DNA of 64,000 nucleotides from Chthoniobacteraceae bacterium (GCA_031409655.1 JANNXQ010000187.1:1-64000), one strand, 5' to 3'; positions 32,100 to 41,367 are shown, counted from the first letter of the stretch. The notes: generated by a model from the sequence alone, not told the origin. Translations and numbers: made by a program.

Positions 32100-33503
32100 G
32101 GGCGTGTCCGAAAGTTTGTGTTTTGGGGGTTTGGTTTGGTGTTGGTTAGGCTGGTCGGGTGGATTGCTTCAGCATCTGGGGGCGGCGGAGAAGCGCGCTC
32201 CGAATTGGATGGCAAACTGGTTGGCGGCTTCGATCCAGCCGGCGGGCGGTGCCTTCCATTTCGCGGTGATGTTGCTCAGGGCCAGATACAATAGCTTGGC
32301 GGCCGCTTCATCGCTCGGGAAGTGGCCGCGGGTCTTGATGATTTTTCGCAGTTGCATGTTCAGGCTCTCGATGGCGTTGGTCGTGTAGATGATCTTCCGC
32401 ACTTCCGCGGGGTAGGCGAAGAAGGGGATGACTTGCTCCCACGCCCGCCGCCAGCTCGCGCCGATGGTGGGATGTTTTCGGCCCCATTCGCCACTCTCAA
32501 ATTCCTGCGGCCTCTGCGCGGCCATCTCCGCATTTTCGGCCCGGTAGATGAGCTTGAGTGCGCCGGCCACGGCCTTGTGATCCTTGTAGCTGCAGTAGCT
32601 CAGGCTGTGGCGGATCAAATGCACGATGCAGGTCTGCACGCTGGCTTGCGGAAAGACCGCGGTGATGGCTTCGGGGAAGCCTTTCAGTCCATCGACCACG
32701 GCGATCAGCACGTCTTCCACTCCGCGGTTGCGCAGTTCGTTCATGACTTTGAGCCAGAATTCCGCGCCTTCATTTTGCTCGATCCACAGCCCGAGCACGG
32801 CGCGCGTGCCATCGGCCTCCACCCCCAGCGCGAGATAGACGGCTTTGTTGCGCACCGTGCCTTCGTCGCGAATGCGCACCCGCAGCGCGTCGAAGAAGAC
32901 CAGCGGATACATCTTCTCCAGCGGCCGGTTTTGCCACTCGCTGACTTCGGCATGCACCGCGTCGGTCACCGTGCTGATGAAGTCCGCGCTCACCTCCACC
33001 TGATACTGCTCCTCCAGCAGCGCCCGGATCTCCCGCACGCTCATCCCGCGCGCATACAGCGCCCTGATCTTGGCATCGAAGCCAGGCAGCCGCTTCTGCC
33101 ACTTCGGCACCAGCTGCGGTTCGAAGCGGCTCTGCCGATCCCGCGGCACCGCGATCTCCAGCGCCCCGCTATCGCCCAGCACCACTTTGCGGCTAAAGCC
33201 GTTGCGGCAGTTGGCCGCCTCCGGCGCTCCGGCCTCCGGCTCGCTCTCCTGGCTCGCCGCCGCCTCGCGCTCGCCCCGCAGGTGATGGCTCATCTCCGCC
33301 CCCAGCGCACGCTCCACCAGCGCCCGGGTCAATTGCCCCAGCAACCCGGCCTCCCCGAGGATCGCCTCCGGACTATGCCCATGACGGGCGATCAGCGCAT
33401 CCAGCGCCTCCACGTTGATGGCTCCACTCTTCTCGTTCTTCGTTCTTTTCATTTTCCGTTGTCTTCTCTTTGGGCCCCTCCACACAAACTTTCCGACAGG
33501 CCC
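32100..33503 (-). mobile_element. IS256 family insertion sequence
   Basis: Terminal IRs gggcgtgtccgaaagtttgtgt / acacaaactttccgacaggccc (20/22 match); no flanking direct repeat. Confidence 0.9.
32169..33452 (-). CDS. IS256 family DDE transposase
   Basis: RNGFS, VPRDRQSRFEPQ, LYARGMS, FFDAL, VVDGLKGF, QTCIVH, YTTNAIESLN. Confidence 0.96.
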   Translation of the reverse strand: MKRTKNEKSGAINVEALDALIARHGHSPEAILGEAGLLGQLTRALVERALGAEMSHHLRGEREAAASQESEPEAGAPEAANCRNGFSRKVVLGDSGALEIAVPRDRQSRFEPQLVPKWQKRLPGFDAKIRALYARGMSVREIRALLEEQYQVEVSADFISTVTDAVHAEVSEWQNRPLEKMYPLVFFDALRVRIRDEGTVRNKAVYLALGVEADGTRAVLGLWIEQNEGAEFWLKVMNELRNRGVEDVLIAVVDGLKGFPEAITAVFPQASVQTCIVHLIRHSLSYCSYKDHKAVAGALKLIYRAENAEMAAQRPQEFESGEWGRKHPTIGASWRRAWEQVIPFFAYPAEVRKIIYTTNAIESLNMQLRKIIKTRGHFPSDEAAAKLLYLALSNITAKWKAPPAGWIEAANQFAIQFGARFSAAPRC

Positions 33504-33525
33504 ATGGGGGCGTCCGGGACGAAGT

Positions 33526-33790
33526 TTCCGCAGCCCCCATCGTCCGTTCCGGTCGCGGAATTCAAAATGGGGGCACCCCCTTTTTCGATTCCACCACCCC
33601 CATCGGGCTTTCCGACGCTGGAATCCGCGCTGGCACCACCCCCATTCCCGTTCCCGCTGCCCTCATCGACGATCCCGACGCCCCCATCGCGGATTCCGCT
33701 CCCCCCATTTTGGATTCCGACGCCCCCATTTTGGATTTTCCAGCCCGTTTTGTGGATTTCCGGCCCTTTTTCGCGAAAATCAGCCCTTTT
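33526..33790. repeat. Degenerate 21-bp tandem repeat tract (about 12 units)
   Basis: Units such as tcccgacgcccccatcgcgga, ttccgctccccccattttgga, ttccgacgcccccattttgga. Confidence 0.8.
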
Positions 33791-33811
33791 CCCCAAATGG
33801 AGGCCCCCTGA

Positions 33812-34603
33812 ATGGCCAATTGGGACCAGCCCGGCACCTTCTGGGATCACGCCTACTGGGACGGCTTTGACCCCACTTCCACCACCCCAAAACAAAAAAA
33901 GAAACGCATGAAACGACAGGACTACTACCCCTCCCGCATCGGTGACCAGGTCGTCTGGCTGCAAAACTTCAAGACCAAGCTGCCCCTGCACGCCACCGAT
34001 CTCGGCCTCGTCCCGGCCACCGTCACCGCCCGGCTGCTCGATGTGGACAATGCCCTCTACGGCCTCGACAGCTACCGCGGAGCCCTCGGCCCCGCGAGCA
34101 CGAGCTGCTACCAGTGCATCGACGACGCCCTCTACGGCGCCACCGTCCCCGGCCAGACCATGTGGATGGGTTTCACCGTCCCCGCCGGCGCCCCCGCCGC
34201 CGTGCCCAATGGCACCCTCGTCCGCGTCTTCGATTTCATCGCCGACGCCATCAAAGCCGCCCCCGCCTACAGCACCATGGTCGGCGAAGACCTCGGCATC
34301 GTCGGTGCCGAAGAGCAGCCCCCGAGTCCCACCGTCACGCCCGAGTTTGACCTGCGCCCCACCGGCGGCGGCAAACTCGAAGTCGTCTGGACCAAGCGCC
34401 CCTTCGACGGCGTAAAGCTCGAGTTCGACCTCGGCACTGCCGGGCTGAAAGCCGACATCGACCTCCGCCCGAACTACACCCTGCAATGGCTCCCCGCCGC
34501 CGGCCAGAGCGCCATCGTCAAAGTGCGCCTGCGTTATATCTACGAGGGCGAAGACTTCGGGAACTGGAGCGATTGGAAGACTTACACCCTGGGCGGAACC
34601 TAG
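33812..34603 (+). CDS. Hypothetical protein, helical N-domain plus FN3/Ig-like C-domain
   Basis: Strong GC3 codon bias; KLEVVWTK..VKVRLRY..GNWSDWK; no signal peptide; alternative start 33908. Confidence 0.8.
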   Translation: MANWDQPGTFWDHAYWDGFDPTSTTPKQKKKRMKRQDYYPSRIGDQVVWLQNFKTKLPLHATDLGLVPATVTARLLDVDNALYGLDSYRGALGPASTSCYQCIDDALYGATVPGQTMWMGFTVPAGAPAAVPNGTLVRVFDFIADAIKAAPAYSTMVGEDLGIVGAEEQPPSPTVTPEFDLRPTGGGKLEVVWTKRPFDGVKLEFDLGTAGLKADIDLRPNYTLQWLPAAGQSAIVKVRLRYIYEGEDFGNWSDWKTYTLGGT

Positions 34604-34649
34604 CGGATGACAGAAGAATCGCCCCGATTCCAGCCCAGCCGGGGCACCC

Positions 34650-34814
34650 ATGCAATTTGGCACGGGTTTCTTAACGACCGTCGCGGGCGGCGGGACTGGA
34701 ACATTGACGGTGGATGTGAATAACGTGCGGCCAGCACCCGAACCCATCTCAACGATGCTCCTCCTCCCTGGAGCAGTTTGGCTGCTGGGGCACCGCCGTC
34801 GCCAGGCAAGGTAG
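34650..34814 (+). pseudogene. PEP-CTERM tail fragment (54 aa)
   Basis: Manual translation MQFGTGFLTTVAGGGTGTLTVDVNNVRPAPEPISTMLLLPGAVWLLGHRRRQAR*; not in ORF track; no signal peptide. Confidence 0.65.
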
Positions 34815-34952
34815 CTCGCCACTTCACGGCCACAGCAGGCCACGGTAAATACCCCGCCTCGTCCAGCCGCCCGGTTAAAACTTTCCTCCTCGTGACGAAG
34901 CTCGGGGCTCCATCACGAGGAGAATCCTGCCACCAGAAATCCTGAACACACC

Positions 34953-35210
34953 ATGCCCTTCAACCCTGCCCTCCCCGCCGATAACTCCCCGCTCAATTCC
35001 GCCGAGATGCGGGGGCAACTCACGGCGCTGAACGCCGACGTGCAGACGCGCGCTACCCAGGCGCAGCTCGCCGCCGAGATCGGCGGCACCTCGGCCAACA
35101 GCAACGGCGTGGGCACGCTGGGTATGGTGGTGAGCGACCCGCCCACGCAGGCCGAAGTGCAAGCCATCGCCGACAAGCTCGACGAACTCATCAACGCGCT
35201 GCGGCGGTAG
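34953..35210 (+). CDS. Small hypothetical protein (85 aa) with C-terminal amphipathic helix
   Basis: Host-like codons; MPFNPALP...EMRGQLTALN...ADKLDELINALRR. Confidence 0.8.
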   Translation: MPFNPALPADNSPLNSAEMRGQLTALNADVQTRATQAQLAAEIGGTSANSNGVGTLGMVVSDPPTQAEVQAIADKLDELINALRR

Positions 35211-35223
35211 CTATGCCGGCTCG

Positions 35224-35298
35224 CCAAGGAGCAGGGGCGCCCCCGCCCCGTGGATCAAACGAAAACCGGACTCGGGGCGAGGGCGCCCCTACTCCTTG
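35224..35298. repeat. REP doublet, GTAG family
   Basis: ccaaggagcaggggcgcccccgccccg ... ctcggggcgagggcgcccctactccttg. Confidence 0.9.
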
Positions 35299-35490
35299 CG
35301 TAGCTTATCCAGATCCGGGTCGGACTTGGCGAAGTTGCGGAAATTTTTTGTCGATCGAGTGCGGCGGGATGTTTGCGCACCCTTGGTACTCCCGTCATGC
35401 AACGGGCAAAGTGCATGACACGCTCTAAGGTCCGAGGAGGGCGGCCTCCGATCTTAAACCTGCCATCCTGCTCTTTACCTTTTTGAACTT

Positions 35491-35709
35491 ATGCCTTTTG
35501 ACCCTACCCAACCGAAGCCGGGAGAAGAGATCGATGCGGTGCAACTGCGGGATCAATTCAATGGACTGAATAGTAAGAGCTGGGGAGGGGAGAGCGGAGA
35601 ACACCAAACTTCAAACGCTAACCGGTTCCGGTCCTTGCGGAAGACGAGGAGCTGTCCGGGCAATCGGGCGCGGGCACGAGCCGGCAATCCCAAAACCCCA
35701 ATGCCGTGA
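35491..35709 (+). pseudogene. Truncated paralogue of 34953..35210
   Basis: First 27 aa align (MPFDPTQP..QLRDQFNGLN); similarity is lost shortly before a solo family-B repeat arm at 35600-35621. Confidence 0.6.
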
Positions 35710-35726
35710 GGGCGCGGGTGGGCTGG

Positions 35727-37532
35727 CTAGTTGGTCTTGAGCACTTCGATGAAGGCTTCCTGCGGGATGTTCACCCGGCCGATGCTTTTCATCCGCTTCT
35801 TACCTTCCTTCTGCTTTTCGAGGAGCTTGCGCTTGCGGGAGATGTCGCCGCCGTAGCATTTCGCAGTTACGTCCTTGCGCTGGGCGCTCACGCTTTCGCG
35901 GGCGATGATCTTTCCCCCGATCGCGGCTTGGATGGAGACTTGGTAGAGCTGCGTGGGGATGACTTCCTTGAGTTTCGCAGCGAGGGCGCGTCCACGGCCC
36001 TCGGCTTTGTCGCGATGCACGATGGAGGAGAAGGCGTCGATGGGTTCGCCATTCACGAGCATGTCGAGCTTCACGAGCTTCGAGGCATTGTAGCCGGCTT
36101 GCTCGTAATCCATCGAGCCATACCCACGGGTGATGGACTTAATCTTATCCACGAAATCGACGAGGATCTCATTGAGCGGCAGCTCGGTGGTGAGCATCAC
36201 GCGTTTGGTGTCGAGGGACTCGGTGTGCTTCACCTCGCCGCGCTTATCCATGATGAGCTGCATGAGCGGCGAGATGTAGTCGTTCGGGATCATGATGAAG
36301 CAGCGCACGATCGGCTCGCGGATCTCCTGGATGACGCTGGCGTCGGGTAAGTGCTCGGGGTTATCGACGTGGAGTAACTCGCCATTGGTCTTCAGGACTT
36401 CGTAAATGACCGATGGGTAGGTCGCGATGATGTCCATGCCATACTCGCGGCGCAGGCGTTCGACGATGATCTCCATGTGCAGCAGTCCGAGGAAGCCACA
36501 GCGAAAGCCAAAGCCGAGCGCGACGCTGGACTCCGCCATGTAGTGAAAGGCGGCGTCGTTGAGTTGCAGCTTGGCCATGGCGGCCTTGAGATGCTCGAAG
36601 TCGGCGGTATTGATCGGGTAAATGCCGCTGAAAACCATTGGCTGGATTTCCTGAAAACCAGCGAGCGGCTCGGGCGCGGTGTTACTCCGGGAAGTCAGGG
36701 TGTCGCCCACCTTCACCTCCGTGCTCGTCTTCATATTGGCGATCACGTAACCCACGTCGCCGGGGCCGAGCTTGGGTTGCGCGAGGAGCTTCGGCTGTTG
36801 CGGGCGAAAGATGCCGACTTCCTTCACTTCGTAGCTGCGATCCGTGGCCATCATCTTCACCTGATCCCCGGCCTTCACCGTCCCATCGACCACGCGCACA
36901 TAGACGATGACGCCGCGGTAAGTGTCGAAGGTGGAATCGAAGACCAGCGCGCGCAGGGCGTCATGAGCGTGCCCAGTCGGGTGTGGGATGCGTTCGACGA
37001 TGGCTTCGAGGATGTCTTCGATGCCGATGCCGGCCTTCGCACTGGCGAGGATCGCATCGTCGCCAGGGATGGTGAGAATGTCTTCGAGCTGGCGCCGCAC
37101 GGTCGGGATATCCGAGTTCGGCAGGTCGATCTTATTGATGACCGGGATGAGCGTCAGCCCCTGCTTGTTCGCGAGATGGACATTCGCCACGGTCTGCGCC
37201 TCCACGCCCTGCGCCGCATCCACGATGAGCAGCGCGCCTTCGCAGGCGGCGAGCGAGCGCGAGACCTCATAGGCAAAGTCCACGTGCCCCGGCGTGTCCA
37301 TGAGGTTGAGCTTATAAGTGTGGCCGTCCTTCGCCTTGTAAGTCATCGCGATCGGGTGCGCCTTGATGGTGATGCCGCGCTCGCGTTCGAGGTCCATGGA
37401 ATCGAGAAGCTGCTCCTGCGATTCGCGCTTCTGGATCGTCCCAGTGAATTCGAGCAGGCGGTCCGACAGCGTGGTCTTCCCGTGGTCGATGTGGGCGATG
37501 ATGCAAAAGTTGCGGGTGCGGCTGAGCGACAT
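35727..37532 (-). CDS. lepA: Elongation factor 4
   Basis: RNFCIIAHIDHGKTTL, DTPGHVDF, GFRCGFLGLLHMEI, KCYGGDISRKRKLLEKQKEGKK. Confidence 0.98.
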   Translation of the reverse strand: MSLSRTRNFCIIAHIDHGKTTLSDRLLEFTGTIQKRESQEQLLDSMDLERERGITIKAHPIAMTYKAKDGHTYKLNLMDTPGHVDFAYEVSRSLAACEGALLIVDAAQGVEAQTVANVHLANKQGLTLIPVINKIDLPNSDIPTVRRQLEDILTIPGDDAILASAKAGIGIEDILEAIVERIPHPTGHAHDALRALVFDSTFDTYRGVIVYVRVVDGTVKAGDQVKMMATDRSYEVKEVGIFRPQQPKLLAQPKLGPGDVGYVIANMKTSTEVKVGDTLTSRSNTAPEPLAGFQEIQPMVFSGIYPINTADFEHLKAAMAKLQLNDAAFHYMAESSVALGFGFRCGFLGLLHMEIIVERLRREYGMDIIATYPSVIYEVLKTNGELLHVDNPEHLPDASVIQEIREPIVRCFIMIPNDYISPLMQLIMDKRGEVKHTESLDTKRVMLTTELPLNEILVDFVDKIKSITRGYGSMDYEQAGYNASKLVKLDMLVNGEPIDAFSSIVHRDKAEGRGRALAAKLKEVIPTQLYQVSIQAAIGGKIIARESVSAQRKDVTAKCYGGDISRKRKLLEKQKEGKKRMKSIGRVNIPQEAFIEVLKTN

Positions 37533-37553
37533 AGGAAGTTTCGAGAGCCGCGC

Positions 37554-37582
37554 ACTATGCGCGGCAAGCCGGAGGCGGTCAA
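37554..37582 (-). promoter_or_regulatory. Putative sigma70 promoter of lepA
   Basis: TTGACC-N17-CATAGT on minus strand. Confidence 0.55.
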
Positions 37583-37642
37583 CCGCCCCTCTTGGCGCTG
37601 GAAGTTTCCCTCCCGCGCTGCTCCGATGCGGTCTTGCTGCCC

Positions 37643-38566
37643 ATGATGACCTACGCGGAGATCGAATCCTTCTTCACTGGCCTCATCGCCGAGGCGCAGG
37701 CGCGCGGCATCACCTGCGCCATCACGAGTGGCATGGCGTGCGTGCATTTCGGCGTTTCCACGACGACGAAAGATTGCGACGTCCTGTGCGCGGCGGAGTC
37801 GGCGGAGAGCTTCCTCGACCTCATCGCCGCGACGCGAGTGCGGGACATCGCGCCGACCTATCGCGGCAATCTCTCGCCGCCGCTCGACGCCCGCTGGCTG
37901 CGCGGCGGGTGGACGGCCCATTTTTTCTGGAAGGCGGCGCCGGATGAAGTGTGCCTGGACATTTTCGGCGTCGCACCACGGGGCAGCACGCCTTGGGAGG
38001 AGAAGCTCCGCGGCTTCTACGTCGATCCCCATGTGGTGGCGGAAATGAAACGCACGAATCGCGAAAAGGACTGGCCCTTCGCAACCGCGCTCGGCGGCCA
38101 AATGCTCGAAGCGAATGAGGCACGCGGCTGGCTCCACCTCCATGAACTCGAAGTGCTGCGGCGCTTTGCCCCGAGCATCCCGATTCCACCGGCGCTCGCG
38201 GACCTGCGACCGCTGCTGCGCCTCGCGCCATTTTCCGACACGCTCCGTATGAAACGATTGCTCGTCGCTGAACGCGCCTTCTGGAGCGAATTGGATGAGT
38301 TGCGTATTCACATCCATCAACGCCATCTACGGCCCTATACCTCGGCGGTCCGGCGGGCGCAGGGTGCGCGAAACTGCGAACTCCGGACATCCCATGCGAT
38401 CCGGCTGGCCTGTGCCACAGAGCATCTGCCGAAAAGCCCACTGCGCGACTACGGGATCGAGCGAATGCTCGCTGAAGTGCGGGCGACTGTCGGGGTGACA
38501 GTGGGACCGGATGTCGTAGAATGGCTGCCGAAGGCCACGGGCAATTTCCACGGCCTCGCACCATGA
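37643..38566 (+). CDS. Putative nucleotidyltransferase-fold protein
   Basis: ITSGMACVHFG..TTKDCDVL resembles the GG-A..G..T-D-D motif; MKRTNREKDW resembles the K..R.KD motif. Confidence 0.55.
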   Translation: MMTYAEIESFFTGLIAEAQARGITCAITSGMACVHFGVSTTTKDCDVLCAAESAESFLDLIAATRVRDIAPTYRGNLSPPLDARWLRGGWTAHFFWKAAPDEVCLDIFGVAPRGSTPWEEKLRGFYVDPHVVAEMKRTNREKDWPFATALGGQMLEANEARGWLHLHELEVLRRFAPSIPIPPALADLRPLLRLAPFSDTLRMKRLLVAERAFWSELDELRIHIHQRHLRPYTSAVRRAQGARNCELRTSHAIRLACATEHLPKSPLRDYGIERMLAEVRATVGVTVGPDVVEWLPKATGNFHGLAP

Positions 38567-38778
38567 AATCACCTGCCCCGAAGCCGCTCACTCCCGCGCA
38601 ACGTCGTCGTTTGCACAAAGTGATGTACAACTTCCACGTCCGCGCCTTTGGCGAGGAGATGGCGCGGATCAATTTCCTGCCGGAGGCCAAGCGCAAGCGC
38701 GAACTCGGCGAGATGATCGACCACGCCCGACGCAAAGGCGTGGATCTTTCGCGGCCTGCTTTGGGCGTGACGCCCTGA
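38563..38778 (+). CDS. Small basic hypothetical protein (71 aa)
   Basis: ATGA overlap with upstream gene. Confidence 0.65.
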   Translation: MKSPAPKPLTPAQRRRLHKVMYNFHVRAFGEEMARINFLPEAKRKRELGEMIDHARRKGVDLSRPALGVTP

Positions 38779-38799
38779 CGGACGCGCGTTTTTCAGCGC

Positions 38800-40071
38800 C
38801 TACTGCCCGATGCACCACAGATGCTTGGCGGTGCGGATGAAAATGTCGCCGTTGGAGATGGCGAAGGAGGAGTTCGTGGGTTCGCCGAGAGAGTTCGTGG
38901 CGAGCAGTGCGAAAGTCGGGCTGGCGCGGAAGACGAAGGCGTCGCCGCCCTGGTTCATCGCGTGACATTTGCCGTCGGCGATCACGATCGACGACCAGTT
39001 CGTGCCACTCGGCCCCGGTCCTTTCAGGCGCTCTTCCCACACGACTTTGCCGGTCTTCAGCTCGATGCACTCGGCGATGCCGGGATCGTCGAGGATGTAG
39101 ATGTGCCCTTCGTGAATCGCTCCCGAGCCAATGCGCTGCTTGGTGCGCGGGTGATGCCACACCCGATGGGACTCCGTGACATCGCCCGAGCCGCCAGCCC
39201 GCACCGCGACGGCCTTGCCATTGAATCCGCCCATCGCGACGACGATGCCATCTGCAAAGATCGGTGAGGTGTAGGCGAGCGCATTGATGCCACCACTGGT
39301 CCACAGCTCTTTGCCCGTCGCAGGATCGAAGGCGCAGACGCGATTTGGATACATCATGAAAAGTTCCTCGCGCTCGCCCACCCGACGCAGCAGCGGATCG
39401 CTCCAGGAGCCGAGCCATTGCGCCTTGGCGCTCGTGCCTTCCGGTTTCTCTCCCGAGTGGCCGCCCGGCTCGTCGTGCTGCCAGAGCGTCTTCCCACTCG
39501 TCTTATCGAGCGCGATCAGGAAAGTGCGCGGGCCCGGCCCGAAATTGAGGAAGCAGCGGTCGCCGTGCAGCACTGGCGACGCCGCATTTCCCCAGATGTG
39601 CGTCTGCTTCCCGAGATCGCGATGCCACAGCTCCTTGCCGGAAAAATCAAAGCACCACACGCCCGCCGAACCGAAGGAAACGATCACCCGCTCGCCATCC
39701 GTCACCGGCGATGCAGCGCACTGCGGATTCGTTGCGTGCGTGACCTCCTTGCCTGGATAGGTGGTGCCCGCACGCCAGAGCTCTTTGCCCGTCGCACGGT
39801 CAAAGCAGAGCAGCAGGCGCCGACGTTCGCTCTCGATCGCCTGCGTGAGAAAGACGCGATCACCCCAGACGATCGACGACGAATTTCCGCGCTCCGGCAA
39901 CGGCGTTTTCCATTTCACATTTTCCGTTGGGGACCACTTCAATGGCACGCCAGTTTCGGCTGCGACACCATCGCCAGTAGGCCCGCGCCAGGCCGGCCAA
40001 TTGGCCGCGAGGGTGACGGAAAACGGACTCGCCAGCAGCATCGAGGCAACGAGAGAGGAGGGGAACTTCAT
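38800..40071 (-). CDS. PQQ-like beta-propeller repeat protein
   Basis: Signal peptide, NWPAWRGP, repeated D..TGKELW blades. Confidence 0.9.
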   Translation of the reverse strand: MKFPSSLVASMLLASPFSVTLAANWPAWRGPTGDGVAAETGVPLKWSPTENVKWKTPLPERGNSSSIVWGDRVFLTQAIESERRRLLLCFDRATGKELWRAGTTYPGKEVTHATNPQCAASPVTDGERVIVSFGSAGVWCFDFSGKELWHRDLGKQTHIWGNAASPVLHGDRCFLNFGPGPRTFLIALDKTSGKTLWQHDEPGGHSGEKPEGTSAKAQWLGSWSDPLLRRVGEREELFMMYPNRVCAFDPATGKELWTSGGINALAYTSPIFADGIVVAMGGFNGKAVAVRAGGSGDVTESHRVWHHPRTKQRIGSGAIHEGHIYILDDPGIAECIELKTGKVVWEERLKGPGPSGTNWSSIVIADGKCHAMNQGGDAFVFRASPTFALLATNSLGEPTNSSFAISNGDIFIRTAKHLWCIGQ

Positions 40072-40209
40072 GACGCCAAAACTACGCGCACCGAGCCGCC
40101 AGCGGACAGACGCAATTTCCCGCAGACACTTCCCGGCGCAAATCGCCTTGCCCGCCGCCCTTGCCACCGCTTACACCTCGCCACCCAACTTAACACCCAG
40201 AAATACTTT

Positions 40210-41367
40210 ATGAGTCGCAAAATTCGTTACGGCATGATCGGCGGCGGTCGCGGAGCCTTCATCGGCGCAGTCCATCGCATCGCGGCCAACATCGACGGGC
40301 AGATCGACCTCGTCTGCGGCGCCTTCTCCTCCGATCCGGAAAAATCCCGCCTCTCCGGTCAGGATTTTTTCCTCCCGGCGAAGCGCTGTTACGGCAGCTA
40401 CGAGGAGATGATCAAAGCGGAAGCCAAGCTCCCGGCCGACGAACGCATGGACTTTGTCTCCATCGTCACGCCGAATCACCTGCACTTTCCTCCGGCGAAA
40501 ATGGCGCTGGAAAATGGCTTCCACGTCCTCTCAGACAAGCCTGCCACCTTCAGCCTTGCCGAAGCGAAAAAGCTCCTCGCCGTCGTCAAAAAGAGTAACC
40601 TCCTCTACGGCCTCACGCACAACTACACCGGCTACCCGCTCGTGAAGGAAGCCCGCGTGCTCATCGCCGACGGCAAGCTCGGGAAAATCCGTAAGGTCGT
40701 CGTCGAGTACCCGCAAGGCTGGCTCGCCACGCGCCTCGAAGCCTCCGGCCAGAAGCAGGCTTCCTGGCGCACGGATCCGAAGAAGAGCGGCGCGGCGGGT
40801 TGCATCGGCGACATCGGCACGCACGCCGAAAATCTCGCCGAGTACATGACCGGCCTGAAGGTCATCGAGCTGGCCGCCGACATCACCACCTTCGTCAAAG
40901 GCCGCAAGCTCGACGACGACGGCAACGTGCTCCTGCGTTTCGACGGCGGCGCGAAGGGCGTGCTCCACAGTTCGCAGATCAGCGTCGGCGAAGAGAACAA
41001 TCTCAACATCCGCATCTACGGCGAAAAGGGCGGCCTCGAGTGGCACCAGGCCGAGCCGAATACCCTGCTCGTGAAATGGCTCGACGCCCCCACGCAGATC
41101 TTCCGCACCGGCAACGGCTACCTCACCGCCACTGCCGCCGCCGCCAGCCGCACCCCTCCTTCACATCCCGAAGGCTACCTCGAAGCCTTCGCGAACATTT
41201 ACAAAAACTTCGCCGGCGCCATCCGTTCGAAGCTCGAAGCCCGGAAAACGACCGCCGTCGAAAACGACTACCCGAAAATCGAAGACGGCGTACGCGGCAT
41301 GGCCTTCATCGAAGCCGTGGTCGCCAGCTCGAAGAAGAACTCCGCCTGGACGAAGCTGGACGTCTGA
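40210..41367 (+). CDS. Gfo/Idh/MocA family oxidoreductase
   Basis: GMIGGGRGAFIGAVHR, IVTPNHLH, SDKP, DIGTHA, HPEGYLEAFAN. Confidence 0.92.
   Translation: MSRKIRYGMIGGGRGAFIGAVHRIAANIDGQIDLVCGAFSSDPEKSRLSGQDFFLPAKRCYGSYEEMIKAEAKLPADERMDFVSIVTPNHLHFPPAKMALENGFHVLSDKPATFSLAEAKKLLAVVKKSNLLYGLTHNYTGYPLVKEARVLIADGKLGKIRKVVVEYPQGWLATRLEASGQKQASWRTDPKKSGAAGCIGDIGTHAENLAEYMTGLKVIELAADITTFVKGRKLDDDGNVLLRFDGGAKGVLHSSQISVGEENNLNIRIYGEKGGLEWHQAEPNTLLVKWLDAPTQIFRTGNGYLTATAAAASRTPPSHPEGYLEAFANIYKNFAGAIRSKLEARKTTAVENDYPKIEDGVRGMAFIEAVVASSKKNSAWTKLDV

Noticed and set aside
33526..33790. CRISPR array
   Set aside because: Units are contiguous degenerate 21-mers with no repeat-spacer alternation, and no cas genes are in the window.
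32322..33911. 529-aa plus-strand ORF
   Set aside because: Antisense shadow of the IS256 transposase running into the repeat tract.
34657..34672. Sigma54 promoter (TTGGCACG)
   Set aside because: No TTGC at the -12 position, and the site lies inside the PEP-CTERM fragment frame.
33449..34843. 464-aa minus-strand ORF
   Set aside because: Antisense to the codon-biased 33812 gene; open because of high GC and repeats.
35390..35470. c-di-GMP-I riboswitch (GGGCAAA seen)
   Set aside because: GGCAAA sits in the loop of a simple gtcatgca/tgcatgac hairpin; the GAAA tetraloop and GACGCAAAG elements are absent.
39418..40209. Extended N-terminus of the Gfo/Idh/MocA ORF
   Set aside because: Overlaps the PQQ-repeat gene on the other strand; family similarity begins at ATG 40210.
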